Positions 38,335 to 47,414 of a DNA stretch of 64,000 nucleotides are shown piece by piece (within the stretch, counting starts at the first letter, position 1; the number at the start of each line of letters is the position of its first letter). Under the pieces are notes generated by a model. The model had not been told where the DNA came from. It searched no databases and saw only the letters and a list, made by a program, of their open reading frames with translations. The DNA is from Candidatus Sungiibacteriota bacterium. Lineage in GTDB: Bacteria; Patescibacteriota; Minisyncoccia; Sungbacterales; HO2-52-23. Position numbers and translations under genes: made by a program. The stretch covers positions 136,358-200,357 of the forward strand of contig JACPBG010000001.1 of assembly GCA_016180435.1 (NCBI GenBank). Reading direction: 5' to 3'.

Positions 38335-40062
38335 CTATTTTTCATCCGGCGGTATCTCGTAATAATTCAAAATATACTCCGCCAAATCATGAAACGCCGT
38401 AGTCAGAGTGTTAGCCGCAAAACGATTCCCCGTAGGAGAGTTAAGCTGCAAAAATACCAGAAACTTCGGATTAAACGCCGGCGCATATCCGACAAAAGAA
38501 TGAATTACTTCATCCGAATACCCCCGGCCGTCGCGACGTGGAATTTGAGCTGTGCCGGTTTTTCCTGCCACAAAATATCCTTTAACGCCTGCCCGATTTT
38601 CATATCCTATCCGCACCACGGAAATAAGCATTTTAGTCAGAGTTTCGGCGGTTTCTTTGGAAATCACCTGCCGCACTTCCTGCGGTTCCTTTTTAATTTC
38701 ATTCCCCGAATCATCCACAATTCTTTCAACAACATAAGGCCGCATCAATTTACCCTCATTAGCAATGGCGCCTGCCGCCATCGCCATCTGCAAAGGGGTT
38801 ACGGCGATTCCCTGCCCGAAAGATGCGGTGGCAAAGTCAATTTCCCGCTCCGCGGAAAGATTGGAAATATTTCCGGAGACCTCTCCCGGCAGATCAATGC
38901 CGGTTTTTTCGCCAAACCCAAATTTTTTCAAAAAAGCCCACTGCCGGTCGCGGCCCAATAACCGTGCCACGTGCACCGCCCCGGTATTTAACGATTTTTC
39001 AAGAACCTGAGTCATAGTCTGCGTTTTATAGGTTTTGCCGTCAAAATTTTTAATGGTATAACCCTTGATCTTTATCTCTCCGAAGTCATAATAGGTCGAA
39101 TCCGGACGGACCACGCCATCTTCGATACCTCCGGCCATGGTGATGGGCTTCATAACCGATCCCAATTCATACATTGATTCCGCCGCCGGATTCAAAAAAA
39201 CAGAAAAATCCTTTTCCCTTGAAAAAGCATTCGGGTCAAATGCCGGAGATGAAGCCAGCGCCAGAATTCTTCCGGTCCTCGGCTCAAGAACAATTGCCAG
39301 ACCCCGATCCGCCTCCCATTTTTTTCTATAGGCCGCGAGCACTTCTTCCGTTTTTTGCTGTATATTGTGATCCAGCGTCAAAAAAAGTTTTGATCCCTCT
39401 TTGGGCGGATGGATGATCCGGCGTCCGAGGGCCACCCAAAAACCGGCAGCATCTTTCACGCCCTCAAGCATCCCCTTGTTCCCGGCAAGGTCCGATTCGT
39501 AGTAACGCTCCAATCCGTATCGTCCTTCCTCATCCTCCTGAATCCTGCTGACAAACCCGAGTAAATGCGCAGCCATGGCGCCATACGGATAATAACGCGC
39601 CTTCCCCTCCTCAATATAAATGCCCGGCAGGCGGCGCGCCGCAATGCGCTCAGCCGATTCCCGGCTGATATTTTTTTCTAATACTTCGTAAAAGTCCCCT
39701 TTCTTCCCAAGTTTAGCGAAAATCTCTTCCTGCGGAAGCGATAAGTCCTTTCCAAGAATTTCCGCGAGTTCAGCAGGACTTGCGATGTCTTCCGGGGATG
39801 CAATAACCGCCCAAGACGATCGGCTGATTGCCAATGGTATGGAATTACCGAATTTATCGCCGGCAAAAATGGAACCCCGTTCTGCCAAAAGTTCCACAAC
39901 CTGCCGATGCTGGCGGGACGCGGATTTAACAAAATCCTTATGATCAATAATCTGCAATTGAAAAAGCCTGCCGAGAAGAGCCAGTCCTGCCGTCAAAAAA
40001 AAGAGGAGGATCCAATTCATCCGCCTCCTTATACTTGCGTCAAATTTAGGAATGCGTGGCAT
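38335..40062 (-). CDS. ftsI: Class B penicillin-binding protein FtsI
   Basis: RGSI, GSVMK (SxxK), SLN, GKTGTAQ; located in the mraZ-rsmH cluster. Confidence 0.92.
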   Translation of the reverse strand: MPRIPKFDASIRRRMNWILLFFLTAGLALLGRLFQLQIIDHKDFVKSASRQHRQVVELLAERGSIFAGDKFGNSIPLAISRSSWAVIASPEDIASPAELAEILGKDLSLPQEEIFAKLGKKGDFYEVLEKNISRESAERIAARRLPGIYIEEGKARYYPYGAMAAHLLGFVSRIQEDEEGRYGLERYYESDLAGNKGMLEGVKDAAGFWVALGRRIIHPPKEGSKLFLTLDHNIQQKTEEVLAAYRKKWEADRGLAIVLEPRTGRILALASSPAFDPNAFSREKDFSVFLNPAAESMYELGSVMKPITMAGGIEDGVVRPDSTYYDFGEIKIKGYTIKNFDGKTYKTQTMTQVLEKSLNTGAVHVARLLGRDRQWAFLKKFGFGEKTGIDLPGEVSGNISNLSAEREIDFATASFGQGIAVTPLQMAMAAGAIANEGKLMRPYVVERIVDDSGNEIKKEPQEVRQVISKETAETLTKMLISVVRIGYENRAGVKGYFVAGKTGTAQIPRRDGRGYSDEVIHSFVGYAPAFNPKFLVFLQLNSPTGNRFAANTLTTAFHDLAEYILNYYEIPPDEK

Positions 40063-40065
40063 ACA

Positions 40066-40452
40066 TTATGGAATTTGTGCCGAGAATTGAGAGGCAACGA
40101 AACTTGAAGGAGTAATAAATTGCATCACCGATATCTTCTGCATAGATTCTAAAACGTTTTTATGCTCGGATGCAAGCGAAGAAAGCGCGATTTGCGCTTC
40201 AATCTCCTTTTCTTCAAGCGCCACCTCGGCTTTACGAAGCTCCGCGCTATTACTGCGAATTTGAAACCCGAGGTCAAATGTCATATAAAGCGCAGCGGCA
40301 TAAACCAGAACGGATATGGCGACAAGCGCCAGAAGAACCGCCGAGAACGAACGCGTACGCATGATTTCCCGAATCGTAAAATATCTAACGGACGGAAACC
40401 GAAAAAACGGGAGTCCAAGGATTTTTTGTTGCGCCAGAATTAAATAAGTCAT
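40066..40452 (-). CDS. FtsL-like bitopic coiled-coil protein
   Basis: TM plus coiled coil, in the ftsL position between rsmH and ftsI. Confidence 0.6.
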   Translation of the reverse strand: MTYLILAQQKILGLPFFRFPSVRYFTIREIMRTRSFSAVLLALVAISVLVYAAALYMTFDLGFQIRSNSAELRKAEVALEEKEIEAQIALSSLASEHKNVLESMQKISVMQFITPSSFVASQFSAQIP

Positions 40453-40457
40453 ATACG

Positions 40458-40536
40458 AGAACTTAGATCTTAGAATTTAGAACTTAGAGTCTAAAATATT
40501 ATATAAATATAAATTTTCTAAGTTCTATGTTCTAAT
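40458..40536. repeat. Heptamer tandem repeats (AGAACTT / TTCTAAG) as two inverted blocks
   Basis: agaactt agatctt agaattt agaactt agagtct .. ttctaag ttctatg ttctaat. Confidence 0.75.
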
Positions 40537-41422
40537 ACGCTTTTATGGCGGCGCGGAGCTTAGCCGAGCGCGCCCTCGGATTTTCCATTATTTCAATCCA
40601 CGACGCTTTAATCGGCTTTTTAGTCAAAATTTTAAGCGTGCCCGATTTTGATTCTTTTTTAAAAAATTCTTTGACGATACGATCCTCAAGCGAGTGGAAA
40701 GAAATCACGACAATTTTGCCACCCGTTCTAATCGCATCCCGCGCAACCGGCAAAACATTCTCTAAATTTTCAAGTTCGTGATTGACCGCTATACGAAGCG
40801 CCTGGAAAGTGCGGGTGGCGAAATGAATCCGTCCATAGCGGTAACCGGGCGGGACGCTTCGCGAAATAATTTCGACAAATTCAGCTGTCGACTGAATCCG
40901 ATGTTGGCGGCGGGCGCGCTCGATACCCTGCGCAATTTGACTTGCAAATCGCTCTTCTCCATAGAGGCGAAGGATATCCTCAATTGCCGCGCATTCCCAA
41001 GTATTGATGATTTTCTCTGCCGTAAGGCCATTGAATTTAACATCATACCTCATGTCGAGCGGTTCTCGTTTCAGGAACGAAAACCCGCGACCAGATTCTT
41101 CAAGGTGATGCGAACTAAAACCAAGATCAAAAAGGATTCCGCAAGGCGCATCCAGATTATGTTCTCGTATAATATCTCCAAGATTTGCATAATTATCACA
41201 AACTAATTTTATATTTTTATTTCTAAGTTCTAAGTTCTTGACTCTAAGTTCTTCGATGAGATCGCAATCCCAATCTATACCAAGCACCAATCCTTTTTCT
41301 CCAACTCTTTCGGCAATCGCCCTGGCATGCCCTCCGCCGTTAACTGTTGCATCCACATACACCTCACCTGGTTGAGGATTGAAGATTTCTAGAACTTCGT
41401 TCAGTAAAGCCGGCTTATGCAT
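40532..41422 (-). CDS. rsmH: 16S rRNA m4C1402 methyltransferase
   Basis: HKPALL.E, DAT..GGH, DLGFSS, PLDMR, FHSLEDR, NPRARSAKLR. Confidence 0.97.
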   Translation of the reverse strand: MHKPALLNEVLEIFNPQPGEVYVDATVNGGGHARAIAERVGEKGLVLGIDWDCDLIEELRVKNLELRNKNIKLVCDNYANLGDIIREHNLDAPCGILFDLGFSSHHLEESGRGFSFLKREPLDMRYDVKFNGLTAEKIINTWECAAIEDILRLYGEERFASQIAQGIERARRQHRIQSTAEFVEIISRSVPPGYRYGRIHFATRTFQALRIAVNHELENLENVLPVARDAIRTGGKIVVISFHSLEDRIVKEFFKKESKSGTLKILTKKPIKASWIEIMENPRARSAKLRAAIKAY

Positions 41423-41427
41423 ATCTT

Positions 41428-41490
41428 TACGAAATACGAATTTTTGCGAATGTACGAATTCGTATATTCGTACTGATTCGTAATTCGTAA
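41428..41490. repeat. TACGAAT-type short repeats as inverted blocks
   Basis: tacgaaa tacgaat..tacgaat tcgta..ttcgta; similar units at 41935-41985. Confidence 0.65.
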
Positions 41491-41492
41491 AG

Positions 41493-41927
41493 TTAATAAA
41501 GTCCCAGTTCCCCTAATTTCTCCGCTATCATATCCGCATTCTTCTCAACCTCTTTTTTATAATTTTCCCAGCGTTCCATATCCCAAATTTCCAAACGGTT
41601 CTGCACTCCGACAATCGTCACCCTTTGGGCAAGGCCCGCATATTCTTTAAGATAGTCCGGCACAAGTATCCTTCCCAACTGATCAAGTTCCACCTCAACC
41701 GCGCCGGAGAACTGCAAACGCAAAAAACTTCGCGCATCCGCCTGCCCCGTAGAAAGTTGTTCCAATTTTCCACTAACCCTCGCCCACTGTGCCATAGGAT
41801 ACAAAACCAGACAGTTGTTAAGGCCTCTTGTCAAAATCGCCTTCTCCCCGATTTCTTTGCGAAGTTTAGCCGGCACCGCAAGCCGTTTTTTGGAATCAAT
41901 ATTATGAAGGTATTCACCAATTAACAT
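41493..41927 (-). CDS. mraZ: Transcriptional regulator MraZ
   Basis: GEY.HNIDSKKRL..P, DQLGRILVP, LEIWD. Confidence 0.97.
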   Translation of the reverse strand: MLIGEYLHNIDSKKRLAVPAKLRKEIGEKAILTRGLNNCLVLYPMAQWARVSGKLEQLSTGQADARSFLRLQFSGAVEVELDQLGRILVPDYLKEYAGLAQRVTIVGVQNRLEIWDMERWENYKKEVEKNADMIAEKLGELGLY

Positions 41928-42025
41928 AGCAGTGATGCCAATCTACGAATTTAATGCCAATCTACAAATTGCGAATTTACGAATCCTCTACTTCCCTCCC
42001 GCCTAATAAGTTAGTAAGTCCTATT

Positions 42026-42197
42026 TACCCGGCGAGATGATCCGATTTCGAGACCATGATTTGGTCGAGCGGGCATGGTTCCGAGCGAAGCCAAATTTGA
42101 TTTGGCGAAGCGAGGAGAGCGAGACCAAATCCTGAGGTGAGCGAGCACGCCGGGCGAGCGATAGCCGAGTCGAGAAATTGGATTATCTCGTCGGGTT
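42026..42197 (+). repeat. Structured repeat family A, divergent copy 6
   Basis: Outer IR acccggcgagatgatcc/ggattatctcgtcgggt; shares GGYCGAGCGGSCAYGGT..GAGCGAGRCC with copies 1 and 4. Confidence 0.65.
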
Positions 42198-42300
42198 ATC
42201 CCCAAAACAACTAACTTATCCACAATCTTATCCACTTTTCACCACTTCACTTATATATTATCCCACTTTGATACATTATGCAATGATGTCAACCCACTTT
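42196..42300. promoter_or_regulatory. DnaA-box-like and MraZ-type GTGG repeats upstream of mraZ
   Basis: TTATCCACA at 42216-42224, 1-mismatch boxes at 42196 and 42228; CCAC at 42220, 42232, 42242 and 42263. Confidence 0.6.
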
Positions 42301-42377
42301 ATTCAAAATAAAAAACGGCTTATCTAAGCCGTTGATCCAAGAATTCATTCACAGGTTTTCCACTATTCAGGAAATCT

Positions 42378-43532
42378 CTATAAAATTACCCCGGATAGGC
42401 ACTTATAATGAATACCGCGTTGCCTAAGATGATCCAGCATGAAAATGAAATTTCCTTCGGAACGTCCGATGTATTCGGGCGGATTTATGCCTCTTCGCTT
42501 GAATTTACCGTCAAGAATGAGACGCGCTGCGCCGGTTGCGGTATATCCGGTAGTGCGGGCCATGGAAGTAGTCTGGGTCAAAAAATCATACTGGTCAAAA
42601 AGGTTGTAGGTAATTTTTTGAGAAATGCCGTTACACGTACCTTCAATAACCAAACGAACAACGGTCAATTCCTTTTCCTGTTCACCGAGCCGCCACTTGT
42701 TCATAATAATTTTTGTGTTGAAATCAAAAGGACGAATGACATTGCCCTCAAATTCTATGGGCGCGAGCGATAAAAAACCGCTGGCCTGCAATGCCTTATA
42801 TAAACCGATATGACCCGGGTATCGAAGAGTTTGCTCTTTCATATTCGGAATGTGTTTCATAGTATGAAGAAGCGTGCGCAAGCCATCCGTGTCAAATGCC
42901 TCCAGTGTCCCAACGGTGTCAAATTCTACGGTCCGTATATTTGAAAGAGCCGGGACCGTAACCACCTGACCATTTTCCACAAAACGCGCAGGGCGCGTGT
43001 ATTCCTCAATAACGTCGGCTGGCGAAAACGGCGCCTTGTATTCCCAAGGCCATTTACGAACAACCGGCAATCCGCCTACCAAGGCCTCGTAATGCGTAAT
43101 TGCCATATGCCCATCATGGTATCCGAGAATAATGTTGGTCATGCCCGGACATACGCCGCAATCCACTATGGCGATAACATCATTTTTCCCGGCAAGCTCG
43201 TCTAATTTTAACGGATCTTCTGCAGAAAAAGTTATGTCCACCACATTTTTTCCGGCCTCAATAATATTCTTAAGCGTGGCAAATCCCATCCGGCTTAGCA
43301 CGGCCGAGACCACCAGATCGGCATCCTTTATAACTTGGCGCAGTGTTTCGGCATTGGATATATCCGCGCACACGGTTTGTACGCCATTTTTAGCCAGAGG
43401 TTCAAGCCGTGTTCGGTTTATATCCACCGCGGTCACCAAATAGTTTTTATTAAGATCAACCGCAATGGCTTTACCAACCATTCCTGCGCCCAATACCACA
43501 ACATGTTCCTCTTTCAAGGTGCTCTCCAACAA
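42378..43532 (-). CDS. Saccharopine dehydrogenase / lysine 6-dehydrogenase family oxidoreductase
   Basis: GAGMVG Rossmann motif, DCGVCPG, VGGLP, LEAFDTDGLRTL, TLRYPGH, MARTTGY. Confidence 0.92.
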   Translation of the reverse strand: MLESTLKEEHVVVLGAGMVGKAIAVDLNKNYLVTAVDINRTRLEPLAKNGVQTVCADISNAETLRQVIKDADLVVSAVLSRMGFATLKNIIEAGKNVVDITFSAEDPLKLDELAGKNDVIAIVDCGVCPGMTNIILGYHDGHMAITHYEALVGGLPVVRKWPWEYKAPFSPADVIEEYTRPARFVENGQVVTVPALSNIRTVEFDTVGTLEAFDTDGLRTLLHTMKHIPNMKEQTLRYPGHIGLYKALQASGFLSLAPIEFEGNVIRPFDFNTKIIMNKWRLGEQEKELTVVRLVIEGTCNGISQKITYNLFDQYDFLTQTTSMARTTGYTATGAARLILDGKFKRRGINPPEYIGRSEGNFIFMLDHLRQRGIHYKCLSGVIL

Positions 43533-43660
43533 AAGATCAAAACTATACCATGCATATCATGATCAAGTTTAAATTACAATATAGACCCTATCACGTCGCC
43601 ATCGAACTGGATTATATATTTTAGCAGGCCGAAAAAATTCTAAGTTAGATTTATTAATGT

Positions 43661-43694
43661 TTTTCACTAATTCGCGATCGCGAATTAGTGAAAA
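43661..43694. repeat. Perfect 34-bp palindrome centred on GCGATCGC
   Basis: ttttcactaattcgcgatcgcgaattagtgaaaa. Confidence 0.9.
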
Positions 43695-43723
43695 TTAATA
43701 AAAAATGGGTCCCCATGGGCAAG

Positions 43724-43854
43724 CCCCGTCACCAAAATTTTGACAGTTTCTGTGCCGCCCCGAATAAGCTGGCGGGATATACTCTGTATTTCTTGATATA
43801 TGTTCATCTCTCTTGGGATGGAAACGAAAGCGGCAGTCAAAATTTGGTGCGGGG
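43724..43854. mobile_element. MITE-like family G, inverted copy without the nested insert
   Basis: Reverse complement shares actgccgctttcgtttccatcc..agatgaacat with 19017-19247. Confidence 0.82.
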
Positions 43855-43906
43855 CAAGCCCATGATCTTTTGGAGCATGGATAAAAATCCGCCTAAAGGC
43901 GACTAC

Positions 43907-44040
43907 AATGAAGCTCCGACCTGCAAGCAGGTCGGTATCAAAGGTATCTTCTCGACTTAGCTCTAAGAATATTGTTCGAGCCTGTCGAGAACCTACCAAT
44001 GGTAACCGACCAGCAAGCTGGTCGGAATTATCAAGTTAAA
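43907..44040. mobile_element. Repeat family D, inverted copy
   Basis: Reverse complement of 30351-30518 minus the nested hairpin. Confidence 0.85.
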
Positions 44041-44098
44041 AAACCAATTATACAAAAAGCCCGAGAGAATTCGGGCCTAAAATGAGTAAGAGGATTCA

Positions 44099-45514
44099 CT
44101 ATAGAGGCTTAGCCTCTATAGTAATATGCAGTTCTTTAAGCTGTTTTTTGTCTATTTCCGAGGGCGCATCCATCATAAGATCCCGGCCGTCGCCGGTTTT
44201 CGGAAAGGCGATGACTTCACGGATATTCGGCTCATTTTGCAGAATCATCACCAAGCGGTCAATTCCCGGAGCAATTCCTCCGTGCGGCGGCACTCCATAA
44301 CGAAACGCTTCCAGCATATGGCCAAATTGCCGCTCTACTGCCTCCGGCGCATTGCCCAACGCCTCAAACACGGCTTTCAGAAGTTCCGGATCATGAATGC
44401 GGATGGATCCTCCGCCGATCTCGTATCCGTTCAACACAAAATCGTATTGGTCGGCCAGCATCTCGCCCGGCCGCTCCTTAAATTCTTTCCAAAACATTTC
44501 TACATTCTCCACGCGCGGTTTGGTAAAAGGATGATGCGTCGCATCCCAACGCCGTTCGGTCTCCTTCCACTCAAATGCCGGAAAATCCACCACAAAAAGA
44601 AAGGCAAGTTCATCCTTATCATTTTTATCTTTACGCACATCCGGCTTATCCGTACCGTATTTTTCCATGGCTTCCTTATACGTCATAACCGGGATTCGGC
44701 CATCCGCTTCAAGCGTTAATCTCTTATCTGGAAATAATGTCCTCACCAGGGATAAATACAATTTTTCGGTCATAGCAAGTATTTCTTCTCTGTCGGTAAA
44801 ACTCATCTCTATATCAAGCTGGGTAAATTCCGGCTGTCTATCCCCCCTGGTATCTTCATCCCGGAAACAGCGGGCAATTTGGAAATAGCGCTCAATTCCG
44901 GCAACCATCAGAAGCTGTTTATACTGCTGGGGTGATTGGGGAAGCGCATAAAATTTTCCCGGATAAATGCGGGAGGGCACCACATAATCCCGTGCGCCCT
45001 CGGGCGTTGACTTGGTAAGAATCGGCGTCTCAATTTCAATAAAATTATTTTTGTGCAAAAAATCCCGCATATAAGCAATCACTTTATCGCGCACAACCAG
45101 ATCGTTTTTCAGACGCTCCCGGCGCAAGTCCAAATACCGATAATGCAGACGATTTTCCTCGCCTATCTCGTATCCATCCGTATCCAGAGCAAAAGGCGGG
45201 GTCTTTGATTCATTAAGTATATTCAGGCCATCCGCTTCAACTTCAATCAAACCCGTCGCCAAAACAGGATTTTCCATGTTTTTGGGGCGTTTCTTTACCG
45301 TGCCCCGAATTTCAACCACCCATTCGGAACGAAGCTGATTGGCACTCGCCAGCAATTCCTTACGCGCCGGCGAAAAAACAACCTGCACAATCCCCCAACG
45401 GTCGCGCAAATCAATAAAAATAAGTTTGCCGTGATCGCGCCGCACATGAACCCAGCCCAGCAGAGTTACCGATTCGCCTATTTTGTTTACTGTGTCTTTA
45501 GTGAGAGTACGCAT
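44099..45514 (-). CDS. aspS: Aspartate--tRNA ligase, short form lacking the GAD insert
   Basis: RRDHG..FIDLRD, TPEGARDY, LPQSPQ, FRDED, GGSIRIH, PPHGGIAPGIDR; 471 aa. Confidence 0.96.
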   Translation of the reverse strand: MRTLTKDTVNKIGESVTLLGWVHVRRDHGKLIFIDLRDRWGIVQVVFSPARKELLASANQLRSEWVVEIRGTVKKRPKNMENPVLATGLIEVEADGLNILNESKTPPFALDTDGYEIGEENRLHYRYLDLRRERLKNDLVVRDKVIAYMRDFLHKNNFIEIETPILTKSTPEGARDYVVPSRIYPGKFYALPQSPQQYKQLLMVAGIERYFQIARCFRDEDTRGDRQPEFTQLDIEMSFTDREEILAMTEKLYLSLVRTLFPDKRLTLEADGRIPVMTYKEAMEKYGTDKPDVRKDKNDKDELAFLFVVDFPAFEWKETERRWDATHHPFTKPRVENVEMFWKEFKERPGEMLADQYDFVLNGYEIGGGSIRIHDPELLKAVFEALGNAPEAVERQFGHMLEAFRYGVPPHGGIAPGIDRLVMILQNEPNIREVIAFPKTGDGRDLMMDAPSEIDKKQLKELHITIEAKPL

Positions 45515-45561
45515 AGTTTATACCATAACATATTTTACATAAAATTCTAATCTCTAATTTC

Positions 45562-45690
45562 GAGTTTGGTGAATAATGCATAAATAAATTATTTTTCGAG
45601 CAAGCCGCAACAGCGGCGCGTCGAGAAATTACCTTAATCCATAATGTACTTCTCGACAGGCTCGAAGAATAAAAGTTGCTTAAAATCTTA
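45562..45690. mobile_element. MITE family E copy with one TIR eroded
   Basis: Inverse of 60104-60246. Confidence 0.82.
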
Positions 45691-45718
45691 ATTCTAAAAC
45701 ATAGATTCGACAAGATCG

Positions 45719-47341
45719 CTATAAATTCTGGGATTCCTTATTGAACGGAAGTTCAACGAAGAAAGTGGACCCCTTTCCCGAACCCCCTGATTCCGCCCAG
45801 ATTTTCCCTCCGTGATCCTCCACAACTTTTTTGGCAAAATACAAACCCAAACCCAATCCATTCGGATCAACGCGCGCCGCATCCTCAACCCTGGCAAACT
45901 TCACAAAAAGTTTATGTATATTTTCGGGGCTTATTCCGATGCCGTCATCTTTAACGCTTATTCTGATTTGGTCGCGCATCCTATTTATGGATACCAGCAC
46001 TTTCCCGTTGCGCTTGGTATATTTTACCGCGTTATCCACCAAATTAATGAATACCTCGCGGATTTTATCTTTATCACAAATTGCCCAAAGTTCGGTTCCG
46101 GCCCTATTTTCAAATTGCAAATTAAGTTCAAGTTTTTCGGCTTTAATTTTTAATCCGTCAACCGCATCATCCAAAATTTTAACAACATTATTTTTAACCA
46201 TCTCGTACTGTATTTTTCCGGATTCAATGCGCGAAAGATTCAATAAATCGGAGATCAGACGTATAAGATTCTCCGTGGAAATCGCCATCTTGGTAATCAC
46301 TTCCAGCGCCTTTACGCTTAATTTGCCAAATCCGCCCTCCAGAAGCATGGAAGCGTATCCTTTGATCGCAGTAAGCGGGCTGCGCAACTGATGGGATGCG
46401 ATGGAAAGAAATTCGGACTTGGCCTGATCAAGTTTTTTCAGTTCTTCATTGGCAATTTCAAGATCATGCGTCAACACTTCCAATTTTTCACGTTGCTCAG
46501 CTTCGCGCACAGTACCCCTGATCAGTAAATAACTGAATATGCCGCCTCCAATCAGTAAAATGACTTTTCGTATAAGCTCATCCGTAGTGCGCGAAAGAGA
46601 CGTTTCAATGAAAAATATGATAAGAATGATCGCAACGAATATTTCGGTTGCAATTAGACGGGCATTAAGCAGGCGGTGCATGGTAATCGCGTAAGTTATA
46701 AGTATTACCCAAACAATCGTAGAAACGGGTCCGATCCAAATATATTGAAATATGTTCAAGAGGGGCGCAAAAACATTTGTAATAGCCGCAATTGAAAGTA
46801 CAATATAGGTTCCCAGGGTTATATACAAAATCTGGGTTTTAAGATTTTCATCTTTAAGTTTAATCCGTGTTTTGATCAATTTTAAAAGGGCAAGTCCCAT
46901 AAAAACCCAGAGTTGAATGTCAAAAAGCAGGCGCCCCGGTCCGTAAAGAAATCCCTTTATTCCCGTATCGGTAACAAAATAACCTCCAATTATGAAATCA
47001 GAGAAGAAATAAAGAATAAACAATATGAATGACGTAACAAATATGGCAAAAGTTTTTATGCGCGGCAATTTACTATCAGAAATGAAGGTTTCAACAAAAA
47101 AATAAAACGCCGGCGCTGTAAAGCCGCCGGCTAAATATAAAAATCGCGCCGACAAATCAGAAAGCATTGGACTGGAAGTCCATAAAAATAAACTCACTCC
47201 GAATCCCCACATCGCGGCGGTAAACACAAAAATCGAATACGCAACGCTTGCGACATATCCTTGGCTTTGAAAATAAAATATGAGTGAAATAGCGGCAACA
47301 ATAAGCGCGACAAGCAATGTTGCCAGAATTATTGGATCCAT
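45719..47341 (-). CDS. Sensor histidine kinase with a multi-TM (7TM-type) N-terminal domain
   Basis: About 280-aa multi-TM region; ASHQLRSPL, NLVDNAVKY, DDGIG, GLGLGL. Confidence 0.95.
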   Translation of the reverse strand: MDPIILATLLVALIVAAISLIFYFQSQGYVASVAYSIFVFTAAMWGFGVSLFLWTSSPMLSDLSARFLYLAGGFTAPAFYFFVETFISDSKLPRIKTFAIFVTSFILFILYFFSDFIIGGYFVTDTGIKGFLYGPGRLLFDIQLWVFMGLALLKLIKTRIKLKDENLKTQILYITLGTYIVLSIAAITNVFAPLLNIFQYIWIGPVSTIVWVILITYAITMHRLLNARLIATEIFVAIILIIFFIETSLSRTTDELIRKVILLIGGGIFSYLLIRGTVREAEQREKLEVLTHDLEIANEELKKLDQAKSEFLSIASHQLRSPLTAIKGYASMLLEGGFGKLSVKALEVITKMAISTENLIRLISDLLNLSRIESGKIQYEMVKNNVVKILDDAVDGLKIKAEKLELNLQFENRAGTELWAICDKDKIREVFINLVDNAVKYTKRNGKVLVSINRMRDQIRISVKDDGIGISPENIHKLFVKFARVEDAARVDPNGLGLGLYFAKKVVEDHGGKIWAESGGSGKGSTFFVELPFNKESQNL

Positions 47342-47414
47342 AATTTTAGTTTAACAGCAAATATACAAATTTAAAAGCCCCGATTTTTGAAACCAGAGGG
47401 CCTGATTATCTATA

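Noticed and set aside
40458-41490. Possible CRISPR array
   Set aside because: Units are 7-8 nt with no unique spacers; no 25-45 nt regularly spaced repeats or cas genes anywhere in the window
43685-43999. ORFs on both strands (also 18994-19233, 42011-42235, 53183-53365, 63469-63663, 2965-3226)
   Set aside because: They lie within palindromic repeat elements and have no protein-like features
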